Assembly: GCA_030390025.1 (NCBI GenBank) | Contig: JASTWF010000034.1 | Coordinates: 496,001 to 560,000, forward strand | Length of the DNA: 64,000 bases | Direction of reading: 5' to 3' | Origin: Squalus acanthias | Lineage: Eukaryota | In this document: positions 36,701 to 50,400 of the stretch, one piece after another | Layout: each line of letters starts with the position of its first letter | Position numbering within the stretch: position 1 is the stretch's first letter | Translations under genes and position numbers: made by a program | The notes under the pieces: generated by a model | Told to the model about the DNA's origin: nothing | Database searches by the model: none | Seen by the model: only the letters and a program-made list of their open reading frames with translations

Positions 36701-37199
36701 GAAATGCTTGTAATTAATTTTAGATATAACTCTTAAATCTCCCCACCCCTGGACCAATCTGTCTCGGAAGATAATAAATGACTCTGAATGGGTTCAAGCC
36801 GCGCCTTTGAGTGACAAAGTCTTAGTTCAATTCATCAGCAAGCTGTGCCATATGGTATCTGACGATGTCCGCAGACAAGGGCCGGGAAATTGGTCTCGAA
36901 TGGTGGGTTAAACGGACGGTATCGGGTCGGGCGCCCGTTCCACTCAGCGCCTGATAATTGGTTCCACTGCAGTCAATGACGGGTTTCTAATCCTAGATCT
37001 TCAATTCCTCACACTATCTTTCCAGCAAAGGTTTCTCTGTAACTCTGTGAAGCCACTTCATTGTCAAACAACTAATCTGCGTAATCCTGCACCATCAACA
37101 CCCCTGTAGTCCCCTGTTTAAAAACAAACTCCATTCTGGCTCTTCTTAATTGTCTAACATGCAATGAACATCTAAACAAGAGGGCGGAGCCACAGTCAA

Positions 37200-39560
37200 T
37201 GACACAGAACCATTCACACCGGCTTTCTAAAGAGACAGGACCAGTCACACAGGCTTTCTAAAGAGACCGGAACAGTCAAGCATGGTTTCTAAAGAGACAG
37301 GACCAGTCACACAGGCTTTCTAAAGAGACAGGACCAGTCACACAGGCTCTTAAAAGTGACAGGACTAGTCACACAGGCTTTTTAAAGAGTCAGGGCCGGT
37401 CACAGAGCCTTTCTAAAGAGACAGGACCAGTCACACATGCTTTCTAAAGAGACAGGACTGGTCACACTGGCTTTATAAAGAGACAGGACCAGTCACACAA
37501 GTTTTGTAAAGAGACAGGGCCAGTCACACAGGCATTTTAAAGAGACAGGACCATTCAGACAGGCTTTTTAAAGAGACAGGACTGGTCACACAACCTTTCT
37601 AAAGAGACAAGACCAGTCACACAGGCTTTTTAAAGAGACAGGACCAGTCACACATGCTTTCAAAAGAGACAGGAGCAGTGACACAGGCTTTTTAGAGAGA
37701 CAGGACCAGTCACACAAGTTTTTTAAAGAGACAGGGCCAGTCACACAGGCATTTTAAAGAGACAGGACTAGTCACACAGGCTTTTAAAAAAGGCAGGACC
37801 AGTCACACAATTTCTAAAGAGGCAGGACCGGTCACACAGGCTTTCTAAAGAGGCAGGACCAGTCACACAGGCTTTTCTAATGAGACAGGACCAGTCACAC
37901 AGGCTTTTTGAAAAGACAGGGACTGTCACACAGGCTTTTTAGAGAGACAGGACCAGTGACACAGGCTTTGAAAAGAGACAGGACCAGTCACACTTGCTTT
38001 CTAAAGAGAGAGGACCGGTCACACAGGCATTTACAGAGACAGGAACAGTCACACAGGCTTTTTACAGACACAGGACCAGTCACACAGGCTTTTAAAAGAG
38101 ACAGGACCAGTCACACAGGCTTTTTAAAGAGACAGGGACTGTCACACAGGCTTTTTACAGAGACAGGAACAGTGACACAGTCTTTTTAAAGAGTCAAGAC
38201 CGGACACACAGGCTTTTTAACGAGACAGGACCAGTCACACATGCTTTCTAAAGAGACAGCTCCAGTCACACAGGCTTTTAAAGAGACAGGACCAGTCACA
38301 CAGTCTTGTTAACGGGACAGGACCCGTCAACGACGCTTTTTAAAGAGACAGGAGCAGTCACACAGGCTTTTTAAAGAGACAGGACTAGTCACACAGGCGT
38401 TTTAAACAGACAGAACCAGTGACACAGGCTTTTTAAAGAGACAGGGTCAGTCACACAGGCTTTTTAAAGAGTCAGGACCAGTCACACAGGCTTTTTAAAG
38501 AGACAGGAACAGTCACACAGTCTTGTTAACGGGACAGGACCCGTCAACGACGCTTTTTAAAGAGACAGGAGCAGTCACACAGGCTTTTTAAAGAGACAGG
38601 ACTAGTCACACAGGCTTTTTAAAGAGACAGGGCCAGTCACACAGGCTTTTAAAACAGACAGGATCAGTGACACAGGCTTTTTAAAGAGACAGGGCCAGTC
38701 ACACAGGCTTTTTAAAGAGTCAGGACCAGTCACACATGCTTTCTAAAGAGACAGGACCGGTCACCCAGGCTTTTACAGAGACAGGTACATGTCACACATG
38801 CTTTCTAAAGAAACAGGACCAGTCACCCAGGCTTTTTAAAGAGACAGGACCAGTCACACAAGTTTTTGAAAGAGACAGGACCAGTCACACAGGCTTTTAC
38901 AGAGACAGTACCAGTCACAGAGGCTTTTTAAAAAGACAAGACCAGTCACACAGGCTTTTTAAAGAGACAAGAACAGTCACACAGGCTTGTTAACGTGTCA
39001 GGACCCGTCAACGAGGCTTTTTAAAGCGACAGGACCAATCACACAGGCTTTTTAAAGAGACAGGACCAGTCACAGAGGCATTTTAATGAGACAGGAACAG
39101 TCACAGAGGCTTTTTAATGAGACAGGACCAGTCACACAGGCTTTTTAAAGAGACAGCTCCAGCAACAGAGGCTTTCTAAAGAGACAGCAACAGTAACACA
39201 GGCTTTTTAAAGAGACAGGACCAGACGCAGAGGCTTTCTAATGAGACAGGACCAGTGACACAGGCTTTTTAAAGAGACAGGGACTGTCACACAGGCTTTT
39301 TACACAGACAGGACCAATCACACAGGCTTTTTTAAAGAGACAGGACCAGTCACACAGGCTTTTTACGGACACAGGACCAATCACACAGGCTTTTTAAAGA
39401 GACAGGACCAGTCACACAGGCTTGTTACAGAGACAGGTCCAGTCACACAGGCCTTTTAAAGAGAAAGGACCAGTCACACAGGTTTTTTAAAGAGACAGAA
39501 CTGTTCACACAGGCTTTTTAAAGAGACAGGACCAGTCACACAGGCTTTTCAAAGTGACAA
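37200..39560. repeat. Satellite D, 31 bp unit, ~75 copies
   Basis: Unit tttttaaagagacaggaccagtcacacaggc. Period of 31 between 37231 and 37262. Confidence 0.95.
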
Positions 39561-39879
39561 AACGCTGCAAACAAAAGGGCCGAGAAATTGCTCTCGGGTG
39601 GTGGCACAAAATGGACAAATCAGATCCGAAATTCCGAGCGGATATTCTCCGCCCTCATATCTGTCCTTACAGAGTATCAGAGTCTATTAATTGTCATTCA
39701 CAGATTCTAACCTTGTCCTGAATATGACCCCTTAGAATCTGCTTATTTTGCAGCCATTTGATTTTAAAAATTGTACCTGTTCTTAACATTGAGAAATGTT
39801 TTAAAAAGTTATTACAATTAATAGGGTCCTGCCCACATATCAACCCTCTGTCTACAGACAGTAATCCATAACACTCTTG

Positions 39880-41112
39880 AATTGTGCCTTGTTGGTGTTG
39901 GAGAAGCTTTGGGGAGTCAGGAGGTCCATTACTCACTGCAGAACACCCAGCCTCTGACCTGCTGTAGTAGCCGCGGCATTTATGTGGCTGGTCCTGTTGA
40001 GTTTCTGATCAATGGCGACCCCTAGCATTTTGATTGTGGGGGATTCGGTGATTAAATGCCGTTGACTGTCAAGTGGAAGATGTTAGATTCCCTCTTGTTG
40101 GTATTCTGACAAATAAGCATCTCAATCAACATCACTAAAACAGATGATCAGGTCATTATCACATTGCTGATTGTGGGAGCTTGCTGGGCTGAAATTGATT
40201 GCCACCTTTCCTATAGTACAACAGTGACTACACTTCAAATGTACTTCATTGTCTGTAAAGCGCGTTGGGACATCCCAAAATCGTGAAAAGCGCTGTATCA
40301 ATGCAATTCTTTCTTCCTTTTTTAACTGTAACTTCCAAAAGCTAATTGGATATATACTTGGAAATGAGAAATTTTCAGGGCTATGTGGAAACGGCTCTGT
40401 TGTTCATTATCATTCACGACAGCATATGACAGATTTGAAATAATCTGATCTGTTGGTTGTGGGATCGCTTGGCTCTGTCCAATTTCATTCCATTGATCAC
40501 CATGGTAGAGGCAAATGATATTATGGAGGGTGGCCTCAGGGTGAAGGCGAGTCTTATTCTCCACAAAATATTGTGCAGTGGTCAGTCCTACCAATATCGT
40601 CATGGACAGATGCACATGCGATAGGTAGCTTGGTGAGAACGAGGTCAAGCAGGCTATTCTCACATGTTGGCTCTCCCAGCACCTGCTGCAATCCCAGTCT
40701 GGCAGCTGTGTTCTTCAGGGCTCGGCTAATGATGGTACTTCCGAGCCACTCTTGGTGATGGACATTGAAGTTTCCCCCTCCCGACCCAGAGTATAATTTG
40801 CACCCTTTCTGCTCTCGGTGCTCCCATCAACTGGTGTTCAGCATGAAGATGTGCCGATTCATCAGCTGAGGGAGGGTGGCAGGGGGTAATCGGCAGGAAA
40901 TTACCTTACCCATGTCTGACTGGAAGCCATGAGACTTCATTATATCCTTAGGCAATGTTGTGGAATTGCAGGGTCTCGCCCAAGTGACTGTATAAGATTG
41001 TGCCCCCACCTCTGGTGGGCCTGTGCTGCCGGTGGAACAGGACACAGCCTGGGATGGTGATGGGGGATTCGGGAATGTTCACTGATATGTATGGTTCTGT
41101 GAGTATGACTAT
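39880..41112 (-). mobile_element. Fragments of the second CR1/L2-group family (RT piece ~39880-40100, endonuclease region ~40460-41110)
   Basis: 39880-40100 is colinear with 20365-20570. 40460-41110 has decayed endonuclease-like coding sequence (...ENKTRLHPEATLH...). Confidence 0.6.
40110..40315 (+). mobile_element. Deu-domain SINE (SacSINE1-like) 3' half
   Basis: gtcattatcacattgctgattgtgggagcttgctg...acagtgactacacttcaaa, matching the reverse complement of 46335-46510. Confidence 0.7.
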
Positions 41113-42849
41113 GCGAAAATTCATTGTTTACAGAGCCTTTCATGGAGTATTGGGGTGTTTACAGGGTATTTATCTCATTGATTAATATTTTAAACGTTTT
41201 CCTTTGATTCCTTGGTATCAACCCTGTCCTCCTTTTAATTTTCCTTCCCCTCGGTCAAACAGCATTACATATTTGTCTGGTTAAGATCACTCTTTAGAAA
41301 CAGGTTGTTCGTATTCTTGTTCTGGTTAAAGGGAATAGAGAAATGTACTGGGAATTAAATTCCTGGACTGAGGCGGGAGCAGTGTAAACTAGGTGGCCCT
41401 GGGAATTAAATTTCTGGATTGAGGTGGGTGCAATGTCATGTAGCCGAGTCGCATCGTTCCCTTACTGGGCTCATCTCTCAGATCCTGCCGTTTAGGACCA
41501 TTTCATTATTATTTTTTATCCTGAAGCCTTGCATGGAATAAATCAGAGAACAGGATTGGGGAATCAATTATTTTCAGTGATCTGCACAGAGTGATCCTAA
41601 AAGGAGTGGTTCTAACCAGAATGCTCAGATTGTGAATTTGGAGAGAGTAGGAATTAGGAACAGGAGGGGAAGGAGGAGAGAGCGAGAGGAGCGGCCGGAG
41701 ATAAAGGTAGGTCACAGAACCCGGAGCCCGGAGCGAGCGCAAGGAACGAGGTAAGTGATGTCGGCACAAGCGAAGGCGCTGAAAAGAAAAGAAATGGTGA
41801 GTAGATGGTGTTTTTTTAAGTCGAGTTTAATTCAGTTGATTTAGTTAATAGTCTATTAAAGAGACATGGCAGGGCACCTCAGTCCCGTGGAATGCACATC
41901 TTGTGCCATGTGGGAACTCCAGGACACTTCCCACGGGTTTCGGAGCTTGAGCAGCAGCTGGCGTCACTACGGTGCATCCTTGGGGCTGAGAGCTCCGTGG
42001 ATAGCACGTTCCAAGAGGTGGTCACCCCGCAGCATAAGAGTGTGCAGGCAGAGGGTGAATGGGTGACTGTCAGACAGACAAGGTAGTGCAGGAGTCCCCT
42101 GAGCGCATCTCACTCTCTAACCAGTATTCGATGTTTCCTCTGGGGAGTACAGCCAGAGCCAAGTCCACGGAATCCACGGGGGCTCAGCTGTAGGTGGGGG
42201 AGGAGGAAGATCGGGAAAGCAATAGTGATAGGAAATTAGATAGTTAGGGGAACAGACATTATTTTCTCCGGCCACAGACGTAACCCCAGGATGATATGTT
42301 GCCTCCCTGGTGCCAGGGTCAAGGATGTCACGTTGTGAATGCAGGACATTCTGAGGGGGGCGGGTAAACAGACTGAGGTCGTGGTCCATATTGGTATCAT
42401 CGACATAGGTAGAAAGAGGGATGTGGTCCTGCAGGCAGATAACAGGGAGCCAGGAAAGAGATTAAAAATCAGGACCTCGAAGGTAGTAATCTCCGAATTA
42501 CTCCCGGTGCCACGAACTAGTGAGTACAGAAATAGAAAGATAGAGCAGATGAATGTGTGGCTAGAGAGATGTTGCAGGAGGGAGTGCTTCAGATTCCTGG
42601 GACATTGGGATCGGTTATGGGGGAGTTGGGTCCTTTACAAGCCGGACCTCAACAGAGCCGGATGGAAGGGGCTTGGTTGCTAGTGCTGTTGGAGAGCATT
42701 TAAACTAATCTGCCAGGGGGATGGGCACCTGGATGTGGCATTAGAAAGGAGAAACAAGGTGCACAAAGAATTGTGTGAGACACATAGCAGTAGAGTGAGA
42801 AATAGTACGGTATTAGGTGGGGTCAGGCTAAGAGAGAATCCAAGAAGGA

Positions 42850-43070
42850 CTGAGAAAGAAACAGAAAATGCTGGAAACACTCAGATGGTCACGCAGCGCC
42901 CGTGGAGAGAGAAACAGAGTTAATGTTTCAGGTCTGTGACCCTTAGTCAGAACTGGAAAAAGTTAGAGATGTAACAGTTTGTAAGCAGGTACAAGGGCAG
43001 GGAAAGGGGGGAGGGGAGGATATAACAAAAGGGACGGTCTGTGATAGAGTGGGAGGCAGGAGTGTTTAAA
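42850..43070 (-). mobile_element. Penelope-like terminal fragment nested in CR1
   Basis: aacagaaaatgctggaaacactcag...gtggagagagaaacagagttaatgtttcaggtc; same family as 3385-3520. Confidence 0.55.
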
Positions 43071-43094
43071 TGTTGCAAATGGCGATGGCAGAAT

Positions 43095-43456
43095 CATCAG
43101 GCAGCCAACTTGCGCACAGCAAGCTCCCACAAACAGCAATGTGATAATGATCAGATAAACTTTTTGTTTTATGTTGATTGAGGGATAAATATTTACCAGG
43201 ACACCGGGGATAATTCCATTACACTTCTTCGAACTAGTGCAATGGGATCTTTTAGGTTCACCTGAGAGAGCAGACGTGGCCTCGGTTTAACGTCTCATCT
43301 GAAAGACGGCACCTCCAACAGTGCAGCACTCCCTCAGTACTAAATTGGAGTGTCAGCCTAGATTTATGAGCTCAAGTCCCTGGAATGGGACTTGGAACCC
43401 ACAACCTTCTGACTCAGAGCCGAATGTGCTATCAACTGAGCCACAGCGGACACTGT
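43095..43456 (-). mobile_element. Deu-domain tRNA-derived SINE nested in CR1
   Basis: Reverse complement has head gctgtggctcagttgatagcac...gggttccaagtccc and Deu core gtttgtgggagcttgctgtgcgcaa. Confidence 0.8.
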
Positions 43457-46329
43457 CAGATAGGTTTACAGTGCATGTTTGTAAACGCACAAAGCGTGGT
43501 AAATAAGGTTGGTGAGCTGCAGCCACAACTAGCCACATAGGAACATGATATTGTGACTATAACAGAGACCTGGCTCAAAAAGGGCAGAATTGGGCACTAA
43601 ATATTCCTGGATATAAGATGTTCGAGAAAGATAAGGAAAGAAAGACAGGAGGTGGGATAGCAGTATTGATTGAGGAGAATATTACAGTGCTGGAGAGATA
43701 GGCTGTCTTGGAGGGATCAAGGACAGAATCTATTTGGTTAGACATCAGAAACAATAGAGGTACCATTATACTACTAGGTTTATTCTATAGGCCACCAACT
43801 AGTGGGAAGTATATAGGGGAGCAAATTTGCAGGGAAATTATAGAGAGGTGGAAGAAACATAGAGTAGTGATAATGGGGGACTTCAGTTACCCTAATATAG
43901 ACTGGGATAGTAATAACATAAAGGGCAGAGAGGGGGAAGAATTTCTGAAGTGAGTTCAAGAGAACTTTCTTGTTTGGTGCATTTACAACCCAAAGAGGAA
44001 GGAGGCATTGCTGGAGCTGGTTCTGAGGAATGAGCTAGGTGCCAATAAGGGAACATTTAGGGAACGGTGGTCATAGTATCATATGGTTTAGATTATCTAT
44101 GGAAAAGGACAGGGAGCAATCTAGAGTAAAAATACTTAATTGGGGGAGGGCCAATTTCAGTGGGTTGAGAACGGAGCTGGCTTGGGTAAATTGGATTCAA
44201 AGATTTGCAGGCAAAACTGTAATCGAACAATGGGCTGCCTTTAAAGAAGAGATGATTCAGGTAAAATCGAGGTACATTCACACGAGGGGGTTAAGTAGGG
44301 CAACCAAAGCCAGAGCTCCATGGATGAAGAAAAATATAGAGAATCAGAGGAAGCAGAAAAATGGGGCTTATGCCAGATGTCAAGTTCAGAATATAATTGA
44401 GAACCAGGCTGAATAGAGAAAGTTCAGAGAGGAAGTGGAAAAGGATATAAGAAGGGCACAGAGAGAGTATGAGAATAGATTGGCAGCTAACATAAAATGG
44501 AATCCATAAAGTCTTCTTCAGGCATATAAGTAGTAAACGGATAGTAAGAGGAGGGGTGGAGCTGATTAAGGACCAAAAAGGAGTCCTACGAATGGAGGCA
44601 GAGGGCAAGGCTGAGATACTAAATGAATACTTTGCATCTGTCAATCCCAAGGAAGAAGCTGCTGCCAAAGTCATAGTGAAAGAGGAGGTAGTTGAGGTAC
44701 TGGATGAGCGAAAATTTGATAAAGACTAGCTACTAGTAAGGCGGGCTGTACTTAAAGTAGATAAGTCACCAGGAGCGGATGGGATGCATCCTCGGATGCT
44801 GAGGGAGTTAAGGGTGGAAATTGCAGAGGTACTGGCCATAATCTTCCAATCCTCCTTAGATACGGTGTGGTGCCAGAGGGCTGGAGAATTGCCAATGTTA
44901 CACCCTTGTTCAAAAACGGGTGTAAGGATAAACCAAGCAACTATAAGCCAACCAGTTTAACTTGGTGGTTGGGAAGCTTTTAGAAACGATAATCCTGGAC
45001 AAAATTAACAGGCACTTGGACAAGTGTCGGTTAATTAAGGCAAGCCAGCACGGATTTGTCAAAGGCAAATCGTATTTTAACAAACTTGATCGAGTTTTTT
45101 GATGATTTAACAGAGAGTGTTGATGAGCGCAATGCGGTTGATGTGGTGTACATGGACTTCAAAATGACACGGAGAAAGTGCCACATAATAGACTTGCCAG
45201 CAAAGTTGAAGCCCATGAAATAAAAGGGACAGTGGCAGCATGGATACGGAATTGGCTAAGTGACAGGAAACAGAGAGTAGTGGTGAACGGTTGTTTTCCG
45301 GACTGGAGGAATTACACAGTGGTGTTCGCAAGGATTCGGTACTAGGACCACTGCTTTTCTTGATATATGTTAATGACTTGGACTTGGGGCATAATTTCGA
45401 AATTTGGAGATGACACAAAACTTGGAAGTATAGTGAAAAGTGAGACATAAAATGATAGACTTGAAGAGGACATAAACATGCTGGTCGAATGGGCGGAAAC
45501 GTGGCAGATGATTTTTAACACAGAAAAATGTTAAATAATACATTTTGGTAGGAAGATTCAGGAGAGACAACATAAACTAAAGGGTACGATTATAAAAGGG
45601 GTGCATGAGCAGAGAGACCTGGGGGTATATGTGCACAAATCGTTGAATGTGGCAGGGCAGGTTGTAAAAGCGGTTAGAAAAGCATACAGGATCCTGGGCT
45701 TCATAAATAGAGGCATCGAGTACAGAAACAAGGCAGTTTTGTGATGAAACTGTATAGAACACTTTTCGGCCTCAACTGGAGTATTGTGTCCAATTATGGA
45801 CATCGCACTTTAGGAAGGATTTGAATGCCTTAGAGCGGTGCGGAAATGATTTACAAGAATGATTCCCAGGATTATGGAATTCAGTTACGTGGATAGACTG
45901 CAGAAGCTCGGGTTGTTATCCTTAGAGCAGAGAAGGTTGAGAGGAGATGTGATAGAGGTGTTCAAAATCATGAGGGGTCTGGACAGAACAGATAGAGAGA
46001 AACTGTTCCCATTGGTGGAAAGGTCGCGAATCAGAGGACACAGATTTAAGGTGATTGGCAGAATAACCAAAGGGGACATGAGAAAAAACATTTTATGCAG
46101 CGAGTGGTTAGGATCTGGAATGCACTGCCATAAAGTGTGGTGGAGGCAGATTCAATCGTAGCTTTCAAAAGAGAATTGGATAAGTACCTAAAGAAAATTA
46201 ATTGCATAGCTACGGGGAAAGCGCGTGGGAGTGGAACTTGCTGAAGTGCTCTTGCAGAGAGCTGGCACGGGCTCGACGGGCCGAATGGCCTCCTTCTGCG
46301 TTGTAACCATTCTATGATTCTATCTTTTA

Positions 46330-46795
46330 AGAAAGAAAGACTTGCAATTATATGGAACCTTTCACGACCACCGGATATCTCAAACTGCTTTACAGCCAAT
46401 GAAGTAGTTTCGGAAGTGTAGTCACTGTTGCAGTGTGGGAAACGCAGCAACCAATCTGCGCACAGCAAGCTCCCACAAACAGCAATGTGATGATGACCAG
46501 ATAATTTGTTTCTGTTATGTTGATTGAGGGTTAAATATTGGCCAGTACACCTGGGATAACTCCCCTGCTCCTCTTAAAAATAGCGCCATGGAATATTTTA
46601 TGTCCACCTGAGAGCACAGACGGGGCCTCGATTTAATGTCTCATCCGAAAGACGGCACCCCCGACAGTGCAGCACTCCCTCAGCACTGCAGTGTCAGGCA
46701 AGATGTATGTGCTACAAGTCCTTGGAGTGGGACTTGAACCCACAACCTTCTGAGATCAGAAGCGAGTGTCCTACCCACTGAGCCACAGCTAACAC
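46330..46795 (-). mobile_element. Full-length Deu-domain tRNA-derived SINE (SacSINE1-like)
   Basis: A box tggctcagtgg and B box ggttcaagtcc on the minus strand, Deu core, and a (tttc)n tail. Confidence 0.85.
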
Positions 46796-46894
46796 ATTAT
46801 TCCTCCCTTTTTCTGTCACTTTCTAGTCTTTTGTTCTCAGCTTTAGATCAATACAGGAAGAGAAACTCCCTTCTCTCTGTTCTGCCCTCGGTAT

Positions 46895-47050
46895 TTTTGG
46901 ACTCTACAGGAATCAAGGCATATGAGGATGGGGTGGGTGTGGGGGGAATGTGGATTTGAGGTCGAAGATCAGCCATGATCTTATTCAATGAAGGGCTCGA
47001 AGGGCCGTGTGGCCAACTCCTGCTCCTAATTCTTATATTCTTATGTTTAT
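46895..47050 (+). mobile_element. CR1 3' tail fragment
   Basis: ggaatcaaggcatatg...gatcagccatgatcttatt...ctcctgctcctaattcttatattcttatg. Confidence 0.75.
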
Positions 47051-47327
47051 GGGCGGATGAAATATTGCGCATTCGCTCACTTTTAATTTAAAACTGTGTA
47101 CAATAAGGTGAGCTAAATTGTGTTGCAGTAAAGTGTTGTGGTGACAATGGATCAGTTAGTCTGTTTGTTCAATGACTGTAATTAACGCCAGTTACAGTGA
47201 GGCCTAATGATGTCACTCGGGGATTTCCCTCTGCTCTAAATAAGGAGCTCCCTTCACTGTGTCACCTCACACAGTCAGCGCGCTGCCCCCAGCACAAAGA
47301 CCACCAGACACTCACAGAAGGGAAGGC

Positions 47328-47418
47328 ATGGATTGGAGTGAAGTGCTTAGGATATTAGGAATATGTTACGATATACAAAATATGTACTATCCCCTCCTCA
47401 CTGCTGTTGATGTTCCTC
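47328..47418 (+). CDS. First coding exon of a second GPR139-like GPCR (exon B), possibly pseudogenised
   Basis: MDWSEVLRILGICYDIQNMYYPLLTAVDVP followed by a phase-1 GTAAGG donor. Upstream region and intron start align with exon A. Asp replaces the Gly of the VGxP motif. Confidence 0.6.
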
Positions 47419-47452
47419 GTAAGGATCTATGTCCAGTTATTAATTCTAAGTA

Positions 47453-50400
47453 ATGGAGAGGCCCAGAGAAAGAGCTTGGCGCTTCAGTAACGAGGCATTG
47501 GTGGTTCTGGTTGGCGCTGTGGAACGGCGATGGGCAGTGTTGTTCCCTGAGAGTGGCAGGAGGACATTGCCCCGGGAGTTTGGAAAGGTGTGGAGGGAGG
47601 TGGCTCAGCACATCTCCCCGAGGGGCCTGGTGCCGAGGACCCACACCCAATGTCAGAAAAGTTCAACGACCTCACTCGGGCGGTCAGGGTGATTACCTAC
47701 TTTTCAATACCTCTACATCCCTCCATCTCAACTTCACTCTGTGCCCAGAGGATTTACAAACCCAAATGCCAAACCTATGTCCATCTCATAAAACACACAT
47801 GCACATCTCACACCTTGCGCACATTAATGGCTATTCAACTAGGGGAGACACATCTGCCAAAAACATGGCTGCACACAATAACGGCTGTTCAACTATGCTA
47901 GGCACATCCTGGTGACTCCACGATAGTATGTTGCCTCCCTGGTGCCAGGGTCAAGGATGTCACTGAACGGCTGCAGGGCATTCTGAAGGGGAAGGGCGAA
48001 CTATCAGAGGTCGTGGTTCACATTGGAACCAACGACATAGGTAGAAAGAGGGATGAGGTCCTGCAACAAGAATTTAGGGAGTTAGGAAGCAGATTAAAAA
48101 GCAGGACCTCAAAGGTTGTAATCTCTGGATTGCTCCCGGTGCCACGTGCCAGTGGGTGTAGGAATAAGAGGATAGAGCAGATGAATGCGTGGCTAAAGAG
48201 TTGGTGCAGGAGGGAGGGCTTTAGTTTCCTGGATCACTGGGTCTCCTTCTGGGGAAGGTGGGACCTGTACAAGTCGGACGGGTTGCACCTGAAGCGGAAA
48301 GGGAACAACATCCTTGCGGGGAGGTTTGCTAGTGCTGTTGGTGTGGGGGAGGGGGGTTAAACTAATATGGCAGGGGGATGGGATACGGAATGGAGCTATA
48401 TTAGGGGGTGATGCACAGCCAAATATAGAGAAAAGAACAAGTCAGTCTGGAAGGCAGAGCAAATATGTAACGGCACAAGGGGTTATGGCAAGGCTGGATG
48501 GCATTTATTTTAATGCAAGGAGTCTTGCGAGTAAGGCAGATGAATTGAAGGTGTTGATGAACACATGGGAGTATGATATTGTTGCTATCACAGAGACATG
48601 GTGGAGTAAGGGGCAGGAATGTCAACTCAATATTCCGGGATATAGATCCTTCAGGCGAGACAGAGGGGTTGTAGAAGAGGAGGGGGTGTCGTAATATTAA
48701 TCAAGGAGTCAATTACTGCTGTAAGGAGGGATGATATGTTAGCAGGTTCCTCCAATTAGACCATATGGGTAGACCTTAAAAACAAAAAGGGGGCAGCACT
48801 TTGCTGGGAGTGTCGTATAGATCCCCAAACAGTCAGGGGGAGATAGAGGAACAGATATGTAGGCAAATCTCAGAGATGTGCAGAAAAAATAGGTTAATAA
48901 TAGTGAGGGATTTCAACTTCCCCAATATTAACTGGGATCGTCAGAGTGTGAAACGTTTAGAGGGTGCGGAATTCTTAAAGTTCATCCAGGAGAGCTTTTT
49001 GAGCCAGCATGTAAAAAGTCCTACAAGAGAGGGGGCGGTACTGGACCTAATTCTAGGGAATGTACGCGGGCAAGTGGTAGAAGCGTCAGTAGGAGAGCAT
49101 TTTGGTGACAGTGACTATAATTCGGTGAGATTTAAGGTAGTCTTGGAAAAGGACAAAGATGGACCAGATATAAATGTTCTAAATTGGTGGAAGGCCGATT
49201 TTAATATGATAAGGCAGGATCTGGCTAAAATGGACTGGGGTCAGCTACTTGTAGGAAAATGCACATCAGAGCAGTGGGAGTCATTCAGAAAGGAAATAGA
49301 AAGTGTACAGCGCCAACATGTTCCCGTAAAGGTCAAGGGTGCGACCAACAAGTCCAGGGAACCCTGGATGTCAAGGGATATACAAGAATGGATTAGGAAA
49401 ACAGGGAGCCTTTTGGGAGATACAAAGGACTAAAAACAGTGGAAGCCCTCGAAGGGTATAGAAAGTGCAGGGGGGTACTTAAAAAATTAATTAGGACAGT
49501 GAAGTAGGGACATGAAAAAACACTGGTGGGCTAAATAAAGGAAAATCCCAAGATGTTTTATAATTATATTAAGGGCAAGAGGATAACCATGGAAAGAATA
49601 GCTCCCATTAGGGATCAAAGTGGCAATCTGTGTGTAGAGCCGGAAGATGTAGGTGAGGTTTTAAATGAATATTTTGCATCTGTGTTCATTATGGAGAAGG
49701 ACGATGTAGGCATTGATATTATGCAGGGGGATTGTGATATACTTGAACAACTTAGCATTGAGAGGGTGGAGATACTAGCGGTTTTTAGCGGGCTTTAAAG
49801 TGGATAAATCCACAGGCCCAGACGAGATGTATCCCAGGCTGTTGTGTGAGGCAAGGGTGGAGATTGCAGGGGCTCTGACACAAATTTTCAGAACCTCTCT
49901 GGCCACAGGGGTGGTGCCAGAGGACTGGAGAACCGTTAACATAGTAGCATTGTTCAAGAAGGGTCATAGGGATAAACCAGGGAATTTCAGGCCAGTGAAC
50001 CTAATATCAGTGGTAGAGAAATTATTGGAAAAATTCTGAGGGACAGATTTAGTCTCCACTTGCAGAGGCAAGGATAAACCCAGGATAGTCAGCATGGCTT
50101 CGTCAGGGGGCGATCATGTCTAAGCAATTTGATTGAATTTTTCGAGGGGGTGACCAGGTGTGTAGATGAGGGTAGTGAAGTTGATGTAGTCTACATGGAC
50201 TTCAGTAAGGCTTTTGACAATGTGCCTCATGGGAGACTGGTCAAGAAGATACGTGCCCATGGGATCCAGGGCAATTTGGCACATTGGATGCAAAATTGGC
50301 TTAGTGGCAGCAGCAGAGGATGATGGTCGAAGTTTTTTTTAAACTGGAAGACTGTGTCCAGTGGTGTACTGCAGTGATCGGTGCTTGGTCCTTTGCTGTT

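Larger units (their letters stand above)
41660..46325 (+). mobile_element. CR1 LINE, near full length, decayed, with nested insertions
   Basis: ORF1 start MAGHLSPVECTSCAMWE (41866), esterase VVVHIG..DIG, APE motifs YRPP and MGDF, RT pieces and a ttctatgattctat tail. Confidence 0.92.

Noticed and set aside
27680..39560. 29 and 31 bp repeats as CRISPR arrays
   Set aside because: Head-to-tail repeats with no unique spacers, no cas genes, and a eukaryotic context.
46725..46795. tRNA genes (also ~27160-27245 and ~43385-43450)
   Set aside because: These are SINE heads with A/B boxes joined to SINE bodies. No convincing cloverleaf.
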